Shown here piece by piece: positions 17,981-27,129 of a stretch of DNA of 64,000 nucleotides (the first letter of the stretch is position 1; every line of letters begins with the position of its first letter). The translations under genes were made by a program, and so were the position numbers. The notes beneath the pieces were generated by a model, which did no database searches, was not told the DNA's origin, and was given only the letters and a program-made list of their open reading frames with translations. Source of the DNA: Pirellula sp. (GTDB lineage: Bacteria > Planctomycetota > Planctomycetia > Pirellulales > Pirellulaceae); NCBI GenBank assembly GCA_040381975.1, contig JBEIGI010000008.1:33679-97678 (forward strand), read 5' to 3'.

Positions 17981-18015
17981 GGGCTCGAAGAATAATTTCT
18001 TCGGGCCCTTTTTTT
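17981..18015 (+). terminator. Rho-independent terminator (12-bp stem plus T7) with no annotated upstream + strand gene
   Basis: GGGCTCGAAGAA (17981-17992), loop TAAT, TTCTTCGGGCCC (17997-18008), then TTTTTTT (18009-18015). A second hairpin, TCAAGCT/AGCTTGA, lies at 17948-17967. Confidence 0.7.
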
Positions 18016-18194
18016 GCCTCTCATCTCGTCAATAAGCCCACTATTGGCTTTACGCTTGGTTTTGAAGTAAAAGCGGAACGGCGCTAGCCGTCCGGTAAAA
18101 ATCATGTGAATTCGCGGACATTCCATGACATACCGGAGTACTTACACACTTCCGCTTGCACTAAATTCAACACTCACTGGCGGGAAGCCGGCTG

Positions 18195-19118
18195 GTGGCG
18201 ACCGAAAAATCGACCCACGAGATCACCCGAAGAATCAACAAACCCATGGATGAAACAAACTATTTTTCTCTGCCAAAACTCGGAGCAAGGCTCCCCCAAG
18301 CCCATAAGGGAGATTTTGGACATGCGCTGCTTGTTGGTGGGGGGCCTGGCATGTCCGGTGCGATCACCTTAGCCGCACTGGCAGCCCTACGATGCGGTGC
18401 AGGCTTGACGACCGTAGCGGCCAGATCGCACACCCGTCAAATCGTTCAGACGACAACTCCCTGTGCGATGACTATGGCACTCGACGAGGTATCTCAAGGC
18501 TACCTTTCCGAATCAGCATCCAAGCAAATTCTTAGAAAGTATGCCCCGGGTACGGTGCTTGGAATCGGGCCTGGCTTGGGGCGCGAATCAAGCCAAGACC
18601 GAATGGTTGTCGAAGTTTTTCATCGATGGCCAGGTTCGGCGGTGATCGATGCCGACGCCCTGAATGCGATTTCCGAGGCAATTGTTCAATGGGAATCGAT
18701 CCAAGGGGTCCGCGTGATGACCCCGCATCCGGGTGAATGGGCAAGGATCTCGAAGATCCAGCCAGACCAACCTCATGAGCAACAAAATGCTGCAAAAGAA
18801 CTTGCCAAAAAAACTCGCATGGTCATTGTCCTCAAGGGCCATCAAACGTTGGTGACCGACGGAGATCGCCATTACCGCAACACGACAGGGAACCCCAGCC
18901 TTGCTGTGGGTGGTAGCGGTGATGTCCTGACAGGAATCATCGTAGCGATGCTCTGCCAGGGGCTTGATCCCTTCGAGGCCTCGGTTTTGTCGGTGTATCT
19001 TCATGGGCTTGCGGGCGATTTGGCGCATGCACAACTAGGAACCCCGAGCACCCTGGGTACGGATCTGATCGATTTCCTTCCGGCTGCCTTTCGGCAATAC
19101 TGCGACACAGTCACCTGA
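18195..19118 (+). CDS. nnrD: ADP-dependent NAD(P)H-hydrate dehydratase (YjeF C-terminal family)
   Basis: 'HKGDFGHALLVGGGPGMSGAITLAALAALRCGAGL', 'LGIGPGLG', 'DADALN', 'TPHPGEWARI' and 'GGSGDVLTGII'. The start may instead be the ATG at 18246. Confidence 0.85.
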   Translation: MATEKSTHEITRRINKPMDETNYFSLPKLGARLPQAHKGDFGHALLVGGGPGMSGAITLAALAALRCGAGLTTVAARSHTRQIVQTTTPCAMTMALDEVSQGYLSESASKQILRKYAPGTVLGIGPGLGRESSQDRMVVEVFHRWPGSAVIDADALNAISEAIVQWESIQGVRVMTPHPGEWARISKIQPDQPHEQQNAAKELAKKTRMVIVLKGHQTLVTDGDRHYRNTTGNPSLAVGGSGDVLTGIIVAMLCQGLDPFEASVLSVYLHGLAGDLAHAQLGTPSTLGTDLIDFLPAAFRQYCDTVT

Positions 19119-19266
19119 TCTCATGCCTGGATTTCTCAAGTAAAAAAAGTTGCGGGCTTCCTCAACAAACCTTATCTTGAGGGCCGCTAAGGAGTTCTAC
19201 TCTTGAGCTCGTTTGCTCTCCGAGGGCAACTACGACGGACATCTACACGAGTTTAAGCTCTGCATC

Positions 19267-19896
19267 ATGAACGCCATCGAACCTAGAACGAGCGGCACCT
19301 TGCTTCGACGCGCCCAACGGATCGAAGATCAAGAAGCTTGGACCGAACTCTTTGATCGCTATCAACCGATGCTCGTCCGCTGGACAAAGGCTCAACTGGG
19401 AAATCGAATCGATGCCGACGAGGTCTCCCAACGGATCTGGGCAGAGCTTGTAACGCGAATACCGGAGTTTTCTTACGACCCCAAGCGATCCTTTCGGGCA
19501 TGGCTCAAAAGCCTCCATCGCAGCCGACTTTTGGACTACCTTAAACTTCAACGTCGCTACAGAAACCACCTGTGTCGGTTAGCCGAACAAGCGTCCGAGC
19601 CAATCGTCTCGGATCCCCAAGGTCGTCAGGTGACGACAGGCAATTTAGGAAGCTTCGGAAAACCATCTGGGCCATTCAGTGACGATCCCACAAGCAGATC
19701 GATTGAGCGATTACTGGAGATCCAACATCGCGTCGAGGCTCGCGTATCAAGCAAAACCTGGGCTTTGTACTGCCAGGTGACGATCGAAAATCAATCGATC
19801 GGAGATGTCGCTCGCCAACATGGAATGCGATACGCCTCGGTCTTTGCTGCTATTGCACGTGTCAATAAGATGCTCAAGCAAGAGGCACTTGGATGA
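19267..19896 (+). CDS. ECF-type RNA polymerase sigma factor (sigma-70 family)
   Basis: 'LLRRAQRIEDQEAWTELFDRYQPMLVRWT' (region 2) and a C-terminal HTH-like 'SIGDVARQHGMRYASVFAAIARV'. Its stop overlaps the downstream kinase start (ATGA at 19893). Confidence 0.75.
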   Translation: MNAIEPRTSGTLLRRAQRIEDQEAWTELFDRYQPMLVRWTKAQLGNRIDADEVSQRIWAELVTRIPEFSYDPKRSFRAWLKSLHRSRLLDYLKLQRRYRNHLCRLAEQASEPIVSDPQGRQVTTGNLGSFGKPSGPFSDDPTSRSIERLLEIQHRVEARVSSKTWALYCQVTIENQSIGDVARQHGMRYASVFAAIARVNKMLKQEALG

Positions 19897-22304
19897 TCGA
19901 TTCGAGCGACTGCCCATCGGACGCGATGCTCGATCGCTTTGAAGAATCTTCGGCCATTGAGTTAGAGTCGGATGCGTTGAGGGCGATCGAACGACACATC
20001 GAAACCTGTAGCTCCTGCCAAGAGCGATTGCAGCATCGGCTTGATCAGCATATTCAATCGTTACAAATGCTCTTGCCTGAGCCCATCGCTGGATATTGCG
20101 TGCTGAAGCTTTTAGGGCAAGGAGGCCAAGCCAAAGTCTATCTTGCTAGAGAGCTTTCAACTCAGCGGCAAGTGGCACTGAAGTTGATTCCCAAGCCTTC
20201 GAGCACTTCGGATTTGGATTTGCAGGCGTGGCGCAACGAGATCCTTGTGGCCGCTCGCATGGATCACCTGAACTTGGTCAGGCTTTATAGTGTGCAAGAG
20301 AACCAGCATTCCTTCATCCTGGTCTTTGAGTACATCTCCGGTGGAACACTTCAGAGCCAACTTACTCGGCATTGGACACCGACAGAGATTGCCTCGATAG
20401 TAAGCCAAATCGCTCGAGGTCTTTGCAAAATCCATTCCAGGGGTTATCTGCATTTGGATCTCAAACCATCGAACATCCTGCTCGATCGCGATGGCAAGGA
20501 TCACCCACAAGATTGGGTTGCAAAAATATCTGACTTTGGAATATCGCTACGCGCTGCAAGCCTGCCACAGAACCACAACAACGATTCCGATAGTAGCCGG
20601 AAAGAGATCCATGGACTAGGAACCTTCGAGTACATGGCACCCGAGCAAGCCTTGGGAATTCAACACATTTTGACGTCCCGAACCGATCTGTTTGCACTCG
20701 GTCGAATTTTTCAGCAGTTGCTTCAAACATCCGCTGACTCCTCAGGGAAGTCCGCTCTTTTGGCGATCTGCGATCGCTGCTGCCAAATCGATCCGAATCG
20801 ACGCTATGCAAGCGCCGAGGAGTTCCTAGACACGCTCGATCGTTGGATCGCTGGGAACCAAGCCGACGGGGTTGTATATCTATCTCGTGGAATCAAATGG
20901 CTTGCGGCCTTCCCGTTGATTCTACTGCTGGCGCTCTTTGGGCTGAATCGGCGAGCTCCCACGACCAATATCAATCCGGTGTCGGAGCCAGTCGCTATTT
21001 CGACCGAGTCGTCCATCAGCAAGGACTTGAGTGCTTGGATTTTGCAGTTGGATACACCACCTGAGGCAATGACCAGTCAGAGTGCTAAGGATATAGCGAA
21101 TACCAGTGCTTACTGGACAAACAACTGCATGGACTCAGGGCTCTTGGAGCAGCAACCTGAACAAGCCATTCGGTATGCTGTCTTGCAACGTGCGGCGGCC
21201 GAACGTATCGCTGGTAAGGTTGACATGCAGCACTTGCGGCTTGCTCGCGAACTTTTGGGGAACTCTTCAAGGCTGCTCGGTGCATTGCGATCGATACAAC
21301 CTCAAGACAAGACGGTTCTTCATGAACTGATCACCACCCATTATGTTTCAGGATTGCTTCGGTACCACGTCGATGATATCCCTAAGTACTATGCCTACTT
21401 TGAGAATCGATTGAATTCGCTTCAGGAGGTTTGCCTCCTGTTGAAACATCTTGCCGATCCGGTTCAGCAAATTTACTGGTCGACACGAGTTCTGGACGAA
21501 CTAAGAGTCTCTCGGAGGACAACTCGTTGGGGTGCTCAGCCCAATAGTTTGGCTTGCGTCGAGCGAATCGAAAGCACCTGCGGGGAGATACTTCGAGCCT
21601 ACCGGACCGATGACAGCAGACTCGATGTACCGGATCTTACCGTTCGATTGATGCTTATCAATTCTGGTAAAGAGGTTCGAAAGAATGATGATTTGGAGGT
21701 TCTAAAATGTTTGGCACTCGATGTTCAAACACAGAACCGATGGTTTTTTCCCGAAGACTTTGCTCAATTGCTCCGCGAACTGATTGCGACGGAGCTCGGC
21801 AGGCCTATCTTCGAACTCAGCCAAGTGAACGCAAAGGATTTCGAGTCGCTTATCGATCGGCTGTGCGAGCAGGCAGCAGCGATCACCGGAAGCGACTCGA
21901 TGGTTCCGGTGTACTTTCAAGAAGACGTGTTCCGATTCGTCGCATCGATCAGTACTCACCACAGACTCACCGATCATTTGGATCAAGCACAGAGGATCCA
22001 AGGAGGCTACATGGAGGCATGCGATACTTTTTTGAAACGATTTCCTGATCATCCGAATCTCCACTTAGCTCGCAGCGAAGGTTTATTGCAAGCTTGGAAG
22101 AATGCTCTGCGCAAGGACGACGATGTCGCCGCGTTGGATGCTTTAAAGAAATCCTACGACGCCTCGAAGCGAGCGTTGGAGCTAGCACCCAACAACCCCT
22201 TGGCGCACCATCAGGTCTCCGATCGCCTTAAACGAATCACTCGATTCCAAAGCTCACAACGCACCCAGGGTGGCGCTGCGCTCTACCCCGGGCTATCTCA
22301 TTAA
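19893..22304 (+). CDS. Ser/Thr protein kinase with an N-terminal HxxxCxxC (ZAS-like) motif, one TM segment and a large helical C-terminal domain
   Basis: 'HIETCSSC' (H-x3-C-x2-C). Kinase motifs 'GQGGQAKVYLA', 'VALKLI', 'HLDLKPSNILL', 'SDFGIS' and 'MAPEQ'. TM segment 'WLAAFPLILLLALFGL'. Confidence 0.85.
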   Translation: MIDSSDCPSDAMLDRFEESSAIELESDALRAIERHIETCSSCQERLQHRLDQHIQSLQMLLPEPIAGYCVLKLLGQGGQAKVYLARELSTQRQVALKLIPKPSSTSDLDLQAWRNEILVAARMDHLNLVRLYSVQENQHSFILVFEYISGGTLQSQLTRHWTPTEIASIVSQIARGLCKIHSRGYLHLDLKPSNILLDRDGKDHPQDWVAKISDFGISLRAASLPQNHNNDSDSSRKEIHGLGTFEYMAPEQALGIQHILTSRTDLFALGRIFQQLLQTSADSSGKSALLAICDRCCQIDPNRRYASAEEFLDTLDRWIAGNQADGVVYLSRGIKWLAAFPLILLLALFGLNRRAPTTNINPVSEPVAISTESSISKDLSAWILQLDTPPEAMTSQSAKDIANTSAYWTNNCMDSGLLEQQPEQAIRYAVLQRAAAERIAGKVDMQHLRLARELLGNSSRLLGALRSIQPQDKTVLHELITTHYVSGLLRYHVDDIPKYYAYFENRLNSLQEVCLLLKHLADPVQQIYWSTRVLDELRVSRRTTRWGAQPNSLACVERIESTCGEILRAYRTDDSRLDVPDLTVRLMLINSGKEVRKNDDLEVLKCLALDVQTQNRWFFPEDFAQLLRELIATELGRPIFELSQVNAKDFESLIDRLCEQAAAITGSDSMVPVYFQEDVFRFVASISTHHRLTDHLDQAQRIQGGYMEACDTFLKRFPDHPNLHLARSEGLLQAWKNALRKDDDVAALDALKKSYDASKRALELAPNNPLAHHQVSDRLKRITRFQSSQRTQGGAALYPGLSH

Positions 22305-22370
22305 GCCCCGATGGGGCGAGTCATTCGAGGGTTTGTTGAATGATTTTCGATGGTTGAATGTTTCATCCTG

Positions 22371-23108
22371 CTAACGATACAACCGTGATCCGATGCGGAC
22401 CATCGTCGAACCCTCTTGGATCGCAATTTGAAAATCGTCGCTCATCCCCATCGATAACTCAGGCAACCGAATCTGGTAAACGTCTTGCCAACGATCTCTG
22501 AGCAGTCGAATCGATTCGAACTCGCGGTGCGTTTGAGCAATATCACCTTGCAGGGAACTCATCCCCATAAGCCCACATAGATCGAGCCGCTCCTGCCATA
22601 ACGGTGTGGCTAGGTACTTCTCAAGAACCCCCTGGGCCTCTGTGGGACTTAAACCCGTTTTGGTCTGATCTTGCGTGATATTCAACTCGAGCAACACCCG
22701 GAGTTTCTTGCCGCCGAGATTCTTCTCGGGCACGGAGTCCTTAGCCATTTGCTCGGCGAGCCGAAGCGAATCCAAAGCGTGCATCGTGTCAAGAAGCGGC
22801 ACCGTTCGAGGTGACTTGTTCCGCTGCAGATGGCCGATAAAGTGCCACCGGACTTGGGGATCCACACTGGCCGATTTTTCCCAAAGCACCTGCGGACGGT
22901 TCTCTGCTAGGTCCAGACACCCGAGCCGCACTAGCTCGTTGCAGGTCTGCTGGCTAACCGTCTTGGTAACAGCCACCAAAGTTACCTCGGCAGGTGTCTT
23001 ACCCGCTTTTTTGCAGGCATCGGCCATCTCCTGACGCACGATTTGCAGGTTCTTTGCAAGCCTGTGTGCGTCCAAAGGTGCCTCAAATTCCGAATTCAAC
23101 GCCGCCAT
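22371..23108 (-). CDS. yggS: YggS-family pyridoxal-phosphate homeostasis protein
   Basis: 'VTLVAVTKT', 'WHFIGHLQRNK', 'LLELN...KTG' and 'LSMGMSDDFQIAIQEGSTMVRIGSRLY'. Confidence 0.85.
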   Translation of the reverse strand: MAALNSEFEAPLDAHRLAKNLQIVRQEMADACKKAGKTPAEVTLVAVTKTVSQQTCNELVRLGCLDLAENRPQVLWEKSASVDPQVRWHFIGHLQRNKSPRTVPLLDTMHALDSLRLAEQMAKDSVPEKNLGGKKLRVLLELNITQDQTKTGLSPTEAQGVLEKYLATPLWQERLDLCGLMGMSSLQGDIAQTHREFESIRLLRDRWQDVYQIRLPELSMGMSDDFQIAIQEGSTMVRIGSRLYR

Positions 23109-23174
23109 AATTTACATAAAACGTTTCCGCAATCAGATTGCAAATAGAACTCTTTTGTGTACAATCTCGTGACG

Positions 23175-23840
23175 ATGAATGCACAAGACTCTCTAGAATT
23201 GCAACACAGACGAATTGGAACAGGGCCGATGGGATCTTGGAAGGATCGTTTAGGAATTTTCGCCTCGGCTGCTTGCGCTGTCCACTGCGCGGCTACCCCG
23301 ATCCTCCTTGCGACCCTGCCGGCTTTGAAACTCACCGAGTGGATGGCCAGCCCTTGGTTCCATAGAATCGCGGCAGGAATCTGCTGCGGCATCGTAGCCT
23401 TGGCAATATGGCCAACATTCTTGCGTTTTCGGGATTACCGAATTCTTTCTCTATCGAGTCTAGGTCTTGGGCTTATCCTCAGCGCCGCGTTTGTTCTGCC
23501 TGATGAATGCTGTAGCCAGCAAATTGGAGCTTCAGGCGCTGGGTCGGAAACTTGCTGCGATCAATCGTGCTGCGAAAATCCAACAACCGCGTCGAACAGT
23601 TCGCACAAGCATTCACAAGAGCATGATCACGAGCACGAGCACGGGCACGCACATGATCACGAGCATCAACGAGTCGATGCGGCTTCTTTGCACCTGGCAG
23701 GCATCGGGTCGATTCAACCGTGGATGACCCCCTTGGGGGGCATTTTTCTGATTGCCGCTCACGGGCTGAACATTCAGCGCCGACGCAAATGCAATGCTCT
23801 CGGATGCTTGAACGCCTCGTGCGATGCGGATTCGCTTTAG
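23175..23840 (+). CDS. MerC-like membrane protein with a His/Asp/Glu-rich metal-binding stretch
   Basis: 'GIFASAACAVHCAATPILLATLPAL' (MerC-type Cys-containing TM segment). 'HKHSQEHDHEHEHGHAHDHEHQ'. Cys-rich 'DECCSQQ...ETCCDQSCCEN'. The start could also be 23157 or a later Met. Confidence 0.5.
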   Translation: MNAQDSLELQHRRIGTGPMGSWKDRLGIFASAACAVHCAATPILLATLPALKLTEWMASPWFHRIAAGICCGIVALAIWPTFLRFRDYRILSLSSLGLGLILSAAFVLPDECCSQQIGASGAGSETCCDQSCCENPTTASNSSHKHSQEHDHEHEHGHAHDHEHQRVDAASLHLAGIGSIQPWMTPLGGIFLIAAHGLNIQRRRKCNALGCLNASCDADSL

Positions 23841-24667
23841 AAAACTCTCTCGGGCCTGGAATTGTTCCACCAGTGGCCGCTCGGATCGCTGCCTTGAACG
23901 TGGATCCCTTTTTCGTTCCACTGCATCCCAGCCCTGACGCTGGCCGAACAGTATCTCAGAGTCAGCCCGCATCGACGGCGAGGGGAAAGATTGGCTTCGG
24001 ATCCATGCAAGAGTAGATCGCTGTGGATCGAAACCTGCCCGGCCTTGAGCACATCGTAAACAACCTCGCCATACTGCTCAGCATTATCGATGGATTGATT
24101 AAGCACATTGTGTTCGGCGCTGTCGCTTTCGCGGTATGTCATGTGACCGAAATGATGCGATCCTGCGACAAATTTCATGCACGCGTTTTCTTGATCGGCA
24201 TCGTCGACAGCGAGCCAAACCGTGGCTGCTTTGGAAGGTGACAGCGGCCAGTAACTTGCGTCTTGGTGCCAAGCAACGGTCTTGCCATCATGAGGCATCT
24301 TGCAAAAAAAGTGGGATCCCCAAGCGATCACGTCTTGGCCCAAAAGGTCAGAGACATACGCGACGATCCTGGGCTCGGTGAGAATATCGTAAACAGGCCC
24401 GTACTTCAGGTGGGCCGAGGAAATCGAGTAACTGTTCCCCCCTTCGGCCACCACTCGCTCGAGGAGTTGGTCAAAGTACTTGCGGATCGATTCGATCTGA
24501 TCTTTGGAAAAGACATCCAAAGGGGCAATGTAGCCTTGGGTGTTGTAATGAGCGATCTGCTCCTTGGAGAGCGTTTTGGGTGAATTGTTTTCCGCTTGAT
24601 AAAATTTCAAATCGCGGCCCATCGACTCAAGATCGTTGCCGTCTGGAATGATGCTGAATTTGCTCAT
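23837..24667 (-). CDS. Phytanoyl-CoA dioxygenase (PhyH) family Fe(II)/2-oxoglutarate oxygenase
   Basis: 'VAWHQDASYWPL', 'AGSHHFGH' and 'VSIHSDLLLHGSEAN' fit the PhyH His-x-Asp...His facial triad. Confidence 0.7.
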   Translation of the reverse strand: MSKFSIIPDGNDLESMGRDLKFYQAENNSPKTLSKEQIAHYNTQGYIAPLDVFSKDQIESIRKYFDQLLERVVAEGGNSYSISSAHLKYGPVYDILTEPRIVAYVSDLLGQDVIAWGSHFFCKMPHDGKTVAWHQDASYWPLSPSKAATVWLAVDDADQENACMKFVAGSHHFGHMTYRESDSAEHNVLNQSIDNAEQYGEVVYDVLKAGQVSIHSDLLLHGSEANLSPRRRCGLTLRYCSASVRAGMQWNEKGIHVQGSDPSGHWWNNSRPERVF

Positions 24668-24783
24668 AGTTTGGGATCGTTTGAAAACGTCGCTGATTCG
24701 ACGCGGGAAGGTGTGGTTTGCAGAGGCCCATTTGCGAACCTCGTCACGAACATAGGATGTATTCTGGACTTAACGACTGTAGC

Positions 24784-27129
24784 CTACAAGTCCTGGCGAT
24801 AAAGTAGCCAACAACTTGCCGCAAGCATGACAGCGATAAAGATCCCGTTGCTCCAGATCGGTTGCCAAGGATCGGCGACCACTTGGGGCATATCCAAATC
24901 GGCCCGATCGATAGCGCTGATTTTGTTTTCCGGGTTTCGAAGAACGTATTGGATCGTCTCTTGGATCGCCGAGGGTTTGGGGTTGACCAAGTAAAACGGG
25001 TTGATGAAGTAATCGTAGAGGAACTCGGCAGTAGTTCTTGCGGGCCTAAAAGATTTTTCGGATCGAGTGAACTCTTTGTCCCACACATCGACTTGTTTAA
25101 CATGGTGGGCAACCCATAAGCGTCCCTCTTGGTCAAAGGTCATCGAGGAGACATTGCCCTGCCCGACTAGATTCGGAGCAACTGGCTTGAAAGCCTCGGG
25201 TTGATCATTGGGATTATTGATCACCCATAGCTTGCCCTGGGTATCGAGAATCGCCACTCGCCCGTCTGCAGCATTGGCCGTGCGTTTAATAGTCTTGTCG
25301 CCGATGGTATCGAGAGTCCCAATCAATTTCATCTCTTTGAGATCGACCAGTTTAGGAGTCATCGAGTCGGGGCAAACGATGGCTGTATTGCCGCACACGA
25401 CAAGACTCACGACGGTCTCCGTCGGGATGTCCAGTTCGACGCTCCCTTGCGTCTTGAGCTTCTTGCCATCTAAATCGAATCGAACCAATTTGCCTTTGGA
25501 AACCAGAGCGATCGATTCGGAGCCTGGGATCGCGCCAGCGGCGATGGGTCGACGATAGTCCCAATCGGCATCGGTGAGTTTTTTGTGCGCTTCGTTGGCT
25601 TGGGGGAGCTTAAAATCAAAGCCCAAGACAGAAACTTTTTGCTGTTCGGCTTTGCTAGCCGCCTCGCGATCAAACCAGAAAAGACCATCGGGGGTCAGCG
25701 ACAAGAAGGTATCTCTCCAGGGAATCAGCTCGGTGGTTCCAGCGGGCAGTTCCGGCGCCGTATCGAGCCTGGAATCATCCCACAATTTACGATTCTTTTT
25801 CTTACCTGCCGGTTCCTCCTGCTGGGCTAGTTTGTCCTTGTCGCTGGCAAGCTCTGGTAATCGGACGACATCGAGCCTGGATGTGTCGTTACCGCCGAGT
25901 CCAAAGGGAACGAATCTCGATCGTCCCATATAGAGCAGACCTTCCCTGGTATCCATCACAGGCCCGAGCACGCGCTGACCATTGACTTCCCCGAATCCTA
26001 CTTGCCAAGTATTCAAGCTCTCGTTCCAAAACAGCAATCGGCCTTGTTGGTTCGCGGTAATCGGCACATCACCTACCGCGACGATCGATTGGATCGTCGG
26101 AGGGCCTTTCAAGAATCCTTCAGCAAACCCTCGAACCACTCCGATGGTAAAACAGATTCCCCAAAACAAAGCGGTAATCACGACGCAGATGATGGGGTTT
26201 TTCCAGATCAATCCTACCAAGGCAGAAACGCTATAGAAGATCATGAAGGAGAAAATAAACAGCGGGATGCACCAGAGTATTCCGCGATTCCAGATCCCAA
26301 GTTGGACTCCAGCGTAGATATACAGTCCTGCGAGAAACACTCCAACATTCATAGCGACAAAGATACAACCACCCAGGTACTTGCTCAAAAACAGCAGGCT
26401 TCGAGAGAGTGGTTTGCTCAGCAGCAAATGGAGTGAACCGGTCTGAAACATATCGGGAACCATCGGAGCCGTTACAACGATCGCGACCATCATGGCGATT
26501 TGTCCCAAGCCGAGCCACATAATGAACGGAAAGAGTGTCGCTTCAATAAACGGTCGAATCTGCCTGAGCGTAAACGGCAGCGGATCCATGAATCTCATTC
26601 CGGCGTAGGTGACCCAGGTGGCTTGTCCGGTGGCCGAGCGTATCGAGCCAGGGAAGGCTAGATCGATCAGCCTGCGATTGAGCTTTTGAAGTTCGTCCGG
26701 TTTTTTTGTTTTATCCTCGATGAGTTCCTTGAGCTCCTCGCGTCGTTCGGCAGTAGGCCAAGCCTCCTTGGTGTAGAGATCCTCTTTGTCCAAGACTTCA
26801 TTGAGCGATGAAACCAGCTGGCCGATGGGGATCCTTTTTTGAGTCCGCAGACGTTCTTGCAAGGTTGTCTGCATCGTTTCGTCTAGCTTCGAATACACCG
26901 CTTGATGGGCTCGGGAACCTCGGCCTGCAGAGGCCTGAGCGAGTTGATCAAGCATGGCTCTGGCGTTGTTTAAGTCTGACGAGCTGACGCGATAAGTCTC
27001 TTCCTCGGAGATCGAAAGCGGAAACAAAAATGCAAGGATCAGCAGCCAGCCGGCCATCAAGATCCAAAGAACCCTCGATCGGATCGATTCAATCAAACTA
27101 TCGTACAGAACGGCGATGTATGGCTTCAC
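24784..27129 (-). CDS. ABC-2-type transporter permease fused to a large repeat (beta-propeller-like) domain and a C-terminal TM anchor
   Basis: The N-terminal half is polytopic. The C-terminal ~400 aa has repeated strand motifs ('KLVRFDLDGKKL', 'RVAILDTQGKLWVI', 'DQEGRLWVAHH') and a final TM segment, 'GIFIAVMLAASCWLLY'. The start overlaps the ATPase gene stop by 4 nt. Confidence 0.6.
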   Translation of the reverse strand: MKPYIAVLYDSLIESIRSRVLWILMAGWLLILAFLFPLSISEEETYRVSSSDLNNARAMLDQLAQASAGRGSRAHQAVYSKLDETMQTTLQERLRTQKRIPIGQLVSSLNEVLDKEDLYTKEAWPTAERREELKELIEDKTKKPDELQKLNRRLIDLAFPGSIRSATGQATWVTYAGMRFMDPLPFTLRQIRPFIEATLFPFIMWLGLGQIAMMVAIVVTAPMVPDMFQTGSLHLLLSKPLSRSLLFLSKYLGGCIFVAMNVGVFLAGLYIYAGVQLGIWNRGILWCIPLFIFSFMIFYSVSALVGLIWKNPIICVVITALFWGICFTIGVVRGFAEGFLKGPPTIQSIVAVGDVPITANQQGRLLFWNESLNTWQVGFGEVNGQRVLGPVMDTREGLLYMGRSRFVPFGLGGNDTSRLDVVRLPELASDKDKLAQQEEPAGKKKNRKLWDDSRLDTAPELPAGTTELIPWRDTFLSLTPDGLFWFDREAASKAEQQKVSVLGFDFKLPQANEAHKKLTDADWDYRRPIAAGAIPGSESIALVSKGKLVRFDLDGKKLKTQGSVELDIPTETVVSLVVCGNTAIVCPDSMTPKLVDLKEMKLIGTLDTIGDKTIKRTANAADGRVAILDTQGKLWVINNPNDQPEAFKPVAPNLVGQGNVSSMTFDQEGRLWVAHHVKQVDVWDKEFTRSEKSFRPARTTAEFLYDYFINPFYLVNPKPSAIQETIQYVLRNPENKISAIDRADLDMPQVVADPWQPIWSNGIFIAVMLAASCWLLYRQDL

